Positions 8,328-14,764 of a stretch of DNA of 20,000 bases are shown piece by piece (position 1 is the stretch's first letter; the number at the start of each line of letters is the position of its first letter). The translations under genes and the position numbers were made by a program. Origin of the DNA: an uncultured virus (IMG/VR IMGVR_UViG_3300027996_000021) (Duplodnaviria > Heunggongvirae > Uroviricota > Caudoviricetes); IMG/VR virus record IMGVR_UViG_3300027996_000021, one strand, 5' to 3'. A model generated the notes under the pieces. That model did no database searches, was not told where the DNA came from, and saw nothing but the letters and a program-made list of their open reading frames with translations.

Positions 8328-9264
8328 TGAATTCCTTTGGGTCGAGAAGTATCGCCCCCAAACAATTGAAGAATGTATTCTCCCTGAGAATATCAAAAAG
8401 ACATTTCAGGATTTCCTAGATAAGGGAGAGGTTCCTAATCTTCTTCTGTCGGGACCTGCTGGTTGTGGTAAAACCACTGTCGCAAAAGCACTTTGTAATG
8501 AACTGGGAGTTGATTGTTATGTCATTAATGGATCTGATGAGGGACGGTTCTTGGACACGGTACGGAACCAGGCCAAGAACTTTGCTTCGACCGTTTCACT
8601 TCAAGGAAATGGTAAACCAAAAGTCATCATTATTGACGAAGCTGACAACACAACCCATGATGTACAACTCCTCTTACGGGCGAATATTGAGGCATTTCAT
8701 AACAACTGCCGATTCATCTTCACCTGTAACTACAAAAACCGTATCATTGAACCGCTTCATTCTCGGTGTGCCGTCGTTGAGTTCACAACAAACAAATCAG
8801 ACAAACCAAAAATTGCATCCCAGTTCTTTAAGCGCATCCAAGAAATCTTGGGTACAGAGGGTATTGAATATGATGACAAGATCCTGGTAGAACTCATCAA
8901 CAAACACTTCCCAGACTGGCGTCGTGTTTTGAATGAGTGTCAGCGTTATGCTGTTGGTGGTAAGATTGATGCAGGTATTCTTGCATCTTTCTCTGACATT
9001 AACATCGATGGTCTGATGCGATCTCTCGCAGCAAAGAACTTCAAGGAGGTCCGTAAATGGGTCGTAAACAACCTGGACAACGATCCAGGTACAATTCTTC
9101 GGAACGTCTATGACGCGCTCTACGAGCGCCTTGAGGGTCCATCTATCGCTGCAGCAGTCCTCATCATAGCTAAATACCAATATCAGATCGCCTTCGTTGC
9201 CGATCAGGAAATCAACTTGCTGGCAGCACTAACCGAAATCATGGTAGAATGTAATTTCAAATGA
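8320..9264 (+). CDS. gp44: Clamp loader large subunit gp44
   Basis: LWVEKYRP, Walker A GPAGCGKT, Walker B IIDEAD and SRC motif (HSRC). Confidence 0.97.
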   Translation: MRNEFLWVEKYRPQTIEECILPENIKKTFQDFLDKGEVPNLLLSGPAGCGKTTVAKALCNELGVDCYVINGSDEGRFLDTVRNQAKNFASTVSLQGNGKPKVIIIDEADNTTHDVQLLLRANIEAFHNNCRFIFTCNYKNRIIEPLHSRCAVVEFTTNKSDKPKIASQFFKRIQEILGTEGIEYDDKILVELINKHFPDWRRVLNECQRYAVGGKIDAGILASFSDINIDGLMRSLAAKNFKEVRKWVVNNLDNDPGTILRNVYDALYERLEGPSIAAAVLIIAKYQYQIAFVADQEINLLAALTEIMVECNFK

Positions 9265-9548
9265 ATGTAAAATTGATCCGTATGTGGTCTGGCGAAGATG
9301 TCGTTACAGACCTAGTTGATGAGACAGATGATTCTGTTGTCATCTGCAATCCTATTGTTGCTGTTCCTGCTGGAAATGGCCAAATGGGATTTGCTCCATG
9401 GTCACCTATCCTCAAAGGAAAGGGTGAAGAAATCAATGTAACCAAAAAGTATGTGGTATACATTGCAGAAACTCAAGAACAGATAGTTGAGCAATATGAG
9501 GAAATGTTTTCTATCTTGAAAACTCCTAGCAAAAAATTGATTGTTTGA
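9261..9548 (+). CDS. Hypothetical small beta-rich (possibly Sm-like) phage protein
   Basis: MNVKLIRMWSGEDVV...NPI...PWSP pattern; ATGA-coupled to gp44. Confidence 0.7.
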   Translation: MNVKLIRMWSGEDVVTDLVDETDDSVVICNPIVAVPAGNGQMGFAPWSPILKGKGEEINVTKKYVVYIAETQEQIVEQYEEMFSILKTPSKKLIV

Positions 9549-9552
9549 ACAC

Positions 9553-10665
9553 ATGATTAATACGGTATCCCATGATGATGCAGTTTGGGCTGCAGATGAA
9601 TTCATCTCCTACTTTGAAAACCTTAATGGTATTGAGGACTATCTTCGCTATGTGAAGAAAGAAGTACTTGATGGTATGTCTTCCGTGTCATCATTTTCTG
9701 AGGATATCTTTAACTTTGATATTCACCCAGAAGACATGGAATTTTCTATGATTCCTGTTGGCAAAGGTGGACTTGATCAAAAGTACTATAAGAGTTTACT
9801 TGCATCCGTCTCTTCTCACAATAATGAATCTAATATTCCTGGAAGAGAACACAAGTGGATTGTAAAAGAGACCACGACTAATACTATTGTTGGATTCATC
9901 CGTCTTGGATCTCCAACAATTAATTCCAAACCTAGGAATCTATGGCTTGGTAAGGCACCAGATCTTAGTCTGTTCAATCGTCATGCCTGTATGGGTTTTG
10001 TAATTGTTCCGACTCAACCTTTTGGATATAACTTTCTGGGTGGTAAGTTGCTTTCACTTATGTGCTGCTCTCACTTTGCCAGGGAGTTTATCAGTGAGAA
10101 ATTTGATAAAGATATTGCTCTATTTGAAACTACATCTCTTTATGGATCAACCACATCAGCGTCTCAATATGACGGTCTGAAACCTTTTGTTAGGTATCGT
10201 GGTTTGACTGAGAGTAAATTTACTCCATTACTTCATGATGCTCAATTTCATAAGTTACATGATCGTTTCACGTATCTGAATGATGGTAATCCTCTTACTG
10301 ACAACAAAGCTTCATCTAAAAAAATGAAGCGTCAAACAAAGATGATTTCCATCATTAAAAACTCTCTCGATGACGCAGATAAGTTGACTCGTTTCAATCA
10401 AGTCATTGCACAGGCATTTGCACTAACAGAAAAGAAGAGATTCTATACTTCTGAATTTGGTTATGAGAATGTTCGGGAGGTTCTATCTGGTGAAGAGAAG
10501 ACTCTTCGCCATGGACAGAACTGGGAGAAACATGATCTTGATAACATTATCAAGTGGTGGAAAAGGAAAGCAGGTAAGCGTTATGAAAAACTCAAGTCTG
10601 AAGGGAGATTTCGTAATGTGATCGAACTCTGGACTGAAACTGACGACATTCAAATTATTCGATGA
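9553..10665 (+). CDS. DUF4338 / DruA-like protein
   Basis: PGR...IVGFIRLGSP...R...MGFVIVPTQPFGYNFLGGKLL...ETTSLYG...SQY pattern, recalled as DUF4338. The ATG at 9553 is preferred over the TTG at 9541. Confidence 0.6.
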   Translation: MINTVSHDDAVWAADEFISYFENLNGIEDYLRYVKKEVLDGMSSVSSFSEDIFNFDIHPEDMEFSMIPVGKGGLDQKYYKSLLASVSSHNNESNIPGREHKWIVKETTTNTIVGFIRLGSPTINSKPRNLWLGKAPDLSLFNRHACMGFVIVPTQPFGYNFLGGKLLSLMCCSHFAREFISEKFDKDIALFETTSLYGSTTSASQYDGLKPFVRYRGLTESKFTPLLHDAQFHKLHDRFTYLNDGNPLTDNKASSKKMKRQTKMISIIKNSLDDADKLTRFNQVIAQAFALTEKKRFYTSEFGYENVREVLSGEEKTLRHGQNWEKHDLDNIIKWWKRKAGKRYEKLKSEGRFRNVIELWTETDDIQIIR

Positions 10666-10671
10666 AAACCA

Positions 10672-10812
10672 ATGAAATGTGAAGTTACTCTCTACAAAGT
10701 GGGCACTGTGTTCAAAGAACAAGTGATAGCTCGTGATTATGAAGATGCAAAAAGGGTTGCTATTGCAAGAAACCCTGGATCAACAATTGTCTCTGTTACC
10801 GCTAAATTTTAA
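10672..10812 (+). CDS. Small hypothetical protein (46 aa), not in the ORF track
   Basis: Manual translation MKCEVTLYKVGTVFKEQVIARDYEDAKRVAIARNPGSTIVSVTAKF; fills the gap before gp62. Confidence 0.7.
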   Translation: MKCEVTLYKVGTVFKEQVIARDYEDAKRVAIARNPGSTIVSVTAKF

Positions 10813-10814
10813 TT

Positions 10815-11195
10815 ATGGAATTGAAGGATTGGTTAAACTCTATTAACTTCAACAAAAACAATCTTGTAGAAGAAGATCCAGACTGTATCAGTAAATATCC
10901 TCCATTTATTGTAAACAAATGTTTGTCTGGAGAAATTGATTCTCTGATGTATGCAAATGAAATGAATAAATTTCATTTCCTACCAAAAAAGTTACAGTAT
11001 GACTTTCTTCTAAATAGTCTCAGAAAGCGTAAGAGATTTTCTCCTTGGCTTCGTAAAGAAGATATCAAAGATCTTGATTGTGTCAAAACTTACTATGGTT
11101 ATAGTAATGAAAAAGCACTCCAGGTTTTGAAGATTCTGACCAAAACACAAATCGATTTTATTAAATCTAAACTTGAGACTGGAGGAAAAAGATGA
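10815..11195 (+). CDS. gp62: Clamp loader small subunit gp62
   Basis: YPPFIVNKCLS, QYDFLLNSLRKRKRFSPW and YYGYSNEKA; located immediately before regA. Confidence 0.9.
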   Translation: MELKDWLNSINFNKNNLVEEDPDCISKYPPFIVNKCLSGEIDSLMYANEMNKFHFLPKKLQYDFLLNSLRKRKRFSPWLRKEDIKDLDCVKTYYGYSNEKALQVLKILTKTQIDFIKSKLETGGKR

Positions 11196-11629
11196 GCGTC
11201 GTTAATGAACCTGAAGTAAAGTGGGCACCAGATCAAATGGTGCAAATTTCACTAAATGAACCAGATGATTTTCTAAAGGTTCGTGAAACTTTGACCCGTA
11301 TTGGTGTTGCTTCTAGGAAAGAAAAGAAACTATACCAATCATGCCATATTCTGCACAAGCAGGGTAAGTATTATATTGTTCACTTCAAAGAGCTCTTCGC
11401 TCTTGACGGTAAAAGGGCAAATTTAACCGTCAATGATGTACAGAGGCGCAATCGTATTGTTCAACTTCTTTGTGACTGGGGCCTAATCACAGTCCATGAT
11501 GCTGAAAAGATTACTAATATTGCACCACTCAATCAAATCAAAGTTCTTGCATACAAAGAAAAAGATGAGTGGGAACTAGAGACCAAGTATAATATTGGTA
11601 AGCGCAAAAAAGTTCAAGAAGTTGAATAA
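11192..11629 (+). CDS. regA: Translational repressor RegA
   Basis: PDDFLKVRETLTRIGVAS...LYQSCHILHKQGKYYIVHFKELF. Confidence 0.97.
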   Translation: MSVVNEPEVKWAPDQMVQISLNEPDDFLKVRETLTRIGVASRKEKKLYQSCHILHKQGKYYIVHFKELFALDGKRANLTVNDVQRRNRIVQLLCDWGLITVHDAEKITNIAPLNQIKVLAYKEKDEWELETKYNIGKRKKVQEVE

Positions 11630-11632
11630 ATA
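11625..11632 (+). promoter_or_regulatory. Putative late promoter AATAAATA overlapping the regA stop codon
   Basis: 7 of 8 positions match the T4 late consensus TATAAATA. Confidence 0.5.
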
Positions 11633-11676
11633 GTTTCGTGCTTTTCGTGCGGCACACTCTACAATCGGAACACCCT

Positions 11677-11712
11677 AAAAAGAGGTTCGGTTATCACCGT
11701 TCCTCTTTTTTT
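11677..11712 (+). terminator. Rho-independent terminator after regA, possibly bidirectional
   Basis: AAAAAGAGG-tt-CGGT-tatc-ACCG-tt-CCTCTTTTTTT. Confidence 0.85.
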
Positions 11713-11722
11713 CGTTTCTTGG

Positions 11723-11788
11723 TTAAATAGTATCGGATGCCTTCGGGGTCCACAAAACACAAACTCGCTTTTAAAGGAGCTAAGAATC
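11723..11788 (+). promoter_or_regulatory. hsp20 leader: late-type promoter TTAAATA, cUUCGg hairpin and ROSE-like SD-sequestering hairpin
   Basis: TTAAATA at 11723-11729, GGATGCCTTCGGGGTCC at 11735-11751 and CTCGCTTTTAAAGGAG at 11764-11779. Confidence 0.6.
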
Positions 11789-12223
11789 ATGGGAAACCTT
11801 GCACGGTACACTGCTGCAGACCTACCTGCGTTGATGGAGCGTATAAATAAGAATAGCATAGGAATGGATGAATACTTTGATAGGTTGTTTAATCTCCACG
11901 AAACAACAAAGAATTATCCACCATTTAATCTAGTCACGGTCAGCAACGTAGAATCACGACTAGAACTTGCACTTGCAGGATTTAAAAAGAAAGAAGTAAA
12001 TGTCTACACACAAGACGGTAAACTCTTTGTCGAAGGACAAAAAGAGGATACCGAAACAGAAACCACCTATGTCCACAGAGGAATGGCTCAACGATCTTTC
12101 ACCAGATCTTGGACACTGGCAGAGGACACGGAAGTTAGATCAGTTGAATTTGAGGATGGGTTGTTAACAATTGTTCTTGGTAGGATTGTACCCGAACATC
12201 ATCAAAAAAAAGTTTGGTTCTAA
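11789..12223 (+). CDS. hsp20: Small heat shock protein Hsp20 (IbpA-like)
   Basis: NYPPFNL, LELALAGF, HRGMAQRSFTRSWTL and DGLLTI; strong AAGGAG RBS. Confidence 0.96.
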   Translation: MGNLARYTAADLPALMERINKNSIGMDEYFDRLFNLHETTKNYPPFNLVTVSNVESRLELALAGFKKKEVNVYTQDGKLFVEGQKEDTETETTYVHRGMAQRSFTRSWTLAEDTEVRSVEFEDGLLTIVLGRIVPEHHQKKVWF

Positions 12224-12255
12224 ATAATTAAGGGCAATGCCCAATATCGTCGCCT

Positions 12256-12285
12256 GACCCCGCTTGACAAAGACCAAGCGGGGTC
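12256..12285. repeat. Perfect 11-bp inverted repeat (hairpin, possible terminator or operator)
   Basis: GACCCCGCTTG-acaaagac-CAAGCGGGGTC. Confidence 0.85.
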
Positions 12286-12292
12286 TTATAAT
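12264..12292 (+). promoter_or_regulatory. Consensus sigma70-type promoter upstream of the DNA polymerase operon
   Basis: TTGACA (12264-12269), 17-nt spacer, TATAAT (12287-12292). Confidence 0.85.
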
Positions 12293-12312
12293 GTAAAAAA
12301 CCGATTCATAAG

Positions 12313-12690
12313 ATGAGTATCAAATTAGCAATTCTCAAATCTGGAGAGCAAGTTATTTCTGATATTAAAGAAATGCTATCTCCTGAACAAAAAGTTATTG
12401 GTTATCTTCTAAAAAATACGTATACAGTCTGGGAAGATGATACTGAAGAGGTTGAAATTCTACTGGAAGAATCAGAACCAGAAGATATCGATAAGAACAA
12501 TGTTGATATTGTAATGACGAAATGGATTCGCCTCTCCAAGAGTGATGAAATCATGATTCCAGTAGATTGGGTTGTTACTATTGTAGACCCACTAGATAGT
12601 TTGATTGAAATGTACACTTCCACTTTTAAAGAAAATGATTCAATGCCTACTTCTGAAATCCCAGGATCTAATACTGATCTCCAAGGTTGA
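12313..12690 (+). CDS. Hypothetical phage protein (possibly Sm-like fold)
   Basis: MSIKLAILKSGEQVIS...W...IPVDWVVTIVDP. Confidence 0.75.
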   Translation: MSIKLAILKSGEQVISDIKEMLSPEQKVIGYLLKNTYTVWEDDTEEVEILLEESEPEDIDKNNVDIVMTKWIRLSKSDEIMIPVDWVVTIVDPLDSLIEMYTSTFKENDSMPTSEIPGSNTDLQG

Positions 12691-12943
12691 ACAAGTTGAA
12701 ACTGACCCCCTATCTGGAGAACCAAATTGCAAACTAATTGATCCAGCTAGAATCTTTTTTAAAATGGTAAAAACTGATCACAAATACGATGATCGTGAAC
12801 CATACACATATGTTTTAGAAAGTTGGCCTGAATATGGCATTACTGATCAAAAAGAAGTAATGATCCATTCTGATGCTATACTTACTATTGTTGAACCAGG
12901 TGAAAAACTGGTAAAAGCCTACGAAGACTTTATTAAAGAATGA
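12635..12943 (+). CDS. Hypothetical phage protein, likely paralog of the upstream ORF
   Basis: MIQCLLLKSQDLILIS...WP...IHSDAILTIVEP. The ATG at 12635 is preferred; ATGA overlap with gp43. Confidence 0.7.
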   Translation: MIQCLLLKSQDLILISKVEQVETDPLSGEPNCKLIDPARIFFKMVKTDHKYDDREPYTYVLESWPEYGITDQKEVMIHSDAILTIVEPGEKLVKAYEDFIKE

Positions 12944-14217
12944 GATTCTACACTAATGTTCAAATGGTCGGGGATCAATTTCTCGTCCGAGGTTATGAAA
13001 ACGGTCAAAGTTTCATGACTCGGGAGAAGTTCAACCCGACTCTTTTTGTATCTTCCAATAAGAAAACCAAGTACAAAACTCTTGAAGGAAATTACGTTGA
13101 ACCAATTCAACCTGGGTCAGTACGTGACTGCCGAGACTTTATCAAAAGGTATGATGGTGTAGAAGATTTTAATATCTATGGTAATGAACGTTTCATCTAT
13201 CAGTATATTTCTGAAAAGTACCCTGATGATGAGATCCGTTTTGATATCTCAAAGATTAATCTATACACCCTTGATATTGAGGTTGCATCCGAGAATGGAT
13301 TCCCCGACGTGGAGTCGGCTGCAGAAGAGATTCTCCTCATCTCCATTCAGCATTACACCACGAAGGAAATCATCACCTGGGGTGTGAAATCTTTCAACAA
13401 CTCTCAGGATAATGTGGAGTATCGTCTATGTGATTCTGAGTACCATTTACTATCCAACTTCATCAGTTGGTGGATGGAAAATACTCCAGACATTATCACT
13501 GGTTGGAACTGTGAACTGTACGATATTCCGTACATTACAAAGCGTCTTAACCGCGTTTTGGGTGAGAAACTAATGAAGCGTCTGTCGCCATGGGGACTAG
13601 TGACAGAACGTGAGATCTTTGTTGCTGGCCGTAAACAATTGAGTATCGATGTTGGTGGTGTAACTCAGTTAGATTATCTGAATCTATACAAGAAGTTTAC
13701 ATATACCAGTCAGGAATCTTATCGTCTGGATCATATTGCCTTTGTGGAATTGGGGCAGAAAAAACTAGATCACTCTGAGTTTGATACATTCAAAGATTTC
13801 TATACAAATGACTGGCAAAAGTTTGTAGAGTATAACATCATTGACGTGGAACTTGTTGACCGTTTGGAAGATAAGATGAAACTGATTGAACTTGCATTGA
13901 CCATGGCTTATGATGCCAAGGTGAATTACAATGATGTGTTCTATCAGGTTCGTATGTGGGATAGTATCATCTACAACTATCTCAAGAAGCAGAATATTGT
14001 AATTCCACCTAAAAAAGGTAGCAATAAAGATGACAAATATGCTGGAGCATATGTCAAAGAGCCTATTCCTGGAAGGTATGATTGGGTTGTTTCCTTTGAC
14101 TTGAATTCTCTTTATCCACACCTTATAATGCAATACAACATCTCACCAGAGACACTAATTGATATGGGCAACTTAAATTCTAGAATTGAGGAATTGGAAG
14201 ATGCATTATCCAATTAA
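12940..14217 (+). CDS. gp43: Family B DNA polymerase gp43, N-terminal subunit (N-terminal domain, 3'-5' exonuclease, motif A)
   Basis: ExoI LDIE, ExoII GWNCELYDIPY, ExoIII YNIIDV, YAGAYV and motif A SFDLNSLYPHLIMQYNISPET, then a stop codon. Confidence 0.95.
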   Translation: MRFYTNVQMVGDQFLVRGYENGQSFMTREKFNPTLFVSSNKKTKYKTLEGNYVEPIQPGSVRDCRDFIKRYDGVEDFNIYGNERFIYQYISEKYPDDEIRFDISKINLYTLDIEVASENGFPDVESAAEEILLISIQHYTTKEIITWGVKSFNNSQDNVEYRLCDSEYHLLSNFISWWMENTPDIITGWNCELYDIPYITKRLNRVLGEKLMKRLSPWGLVTEREIFVAGRKQLSIDVGGVTQLDYLNLYKKFTYTSQESYRLDHIAFVELGQKKLDHSEFDTFKDFYTNDWQKFVEYNIIDVELVDRLEDKMKLIELALTMAYDAKVNYNDVFYQVRMWDSIIYNYLKKQNIVIPPKKGSNKDDKYAGAYVKEPIPGRYDWVVSFDLNSLYPHLIMQYNISPETLIDMGNLNSRIEELEDALSN

Positions 14218-14764
14218 GATTAGTGACGTTATTCCATATTGGTTATTTAAATCTCTTCAGGATGAGTACTATTTCACTGGTTGGAAAATGTATAATGTTT
14301 CCAGTGATAATTCTGGAGAAAGATATTCATGGAGCATAAACACTCATCAACCAAATCAATTAATTTTTTATCAGATTGCAACTTATATAAAGTATAGAAT
14401 AAAAAAATATATTAAGAAAGATCTACATTTCATTAGGGCACATACAAATCTATATGTTTATGGGCAAACTGGAAAATTCCATAAAGATTTTGTGGTAGAT
14501 AAAATCTGGACTTTTATTTTATTCACTACACCAAACTGGAATATTCAATGGGGTGGCGAATTTGTATGCTATGATGGGAAGGAATACAGTTATGTGCCAC
14601 ATATTCCAAATGCAGGTGTTTTGATACCATCTAACTGGGAACATTATGGATCTTGTCCAAATGAACTGGCTAACTGTTCAAGAACTTCAATTGGTTTTAC
14701 TTTTGCCGAAACTGATGTACTAAAACAGGTACTAGATCTTAAAGTTGCAAGGAGTTTTGTATGA
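14201..14764 (+). CDS. 2OG-Fe(II) oxygenase inserted between the two polymerase genes
   Basis: HxD (FHKD), WNIQWGGEF, distal His (WEHYG) and RTSIGF. GAGGA RBS at 14188-14192 before the ATG at 14201. Confidence 0.85.
   Translation: MHYPIKISDVIPYWLFKSLQDEYYFTGWKMYNVSSDNSGERYSWSINTHQPNQLIFYQIATYIKYRIKKYIKKDLHFIRAHTNLYVYGQTGKFHKDFVVDKIWTFILFTTPNWNIQWGGEFVCYDGKEYSYVPHIPNAGVLIPSNWEHYGSCPNELANCSRTSIGFTFAETDVLKQVLDLKVARSFV

Noticed and set aside
12243..12256. Glutamine riboswitch (glnA/downstream-peptide) suggested by ATCGTCGCC
   Set aside because: The expected CGUUCA-type core and matching 3' elements are absent.
14218..14760. Group I intron or translational bypass within gp43
   Set aside because: The interval is fully occupied by the oxygenase ORF, leaving no room for a ribozyme core, and I see no take-off hairpin. 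Subunit B has its own strong RBS and start codon.
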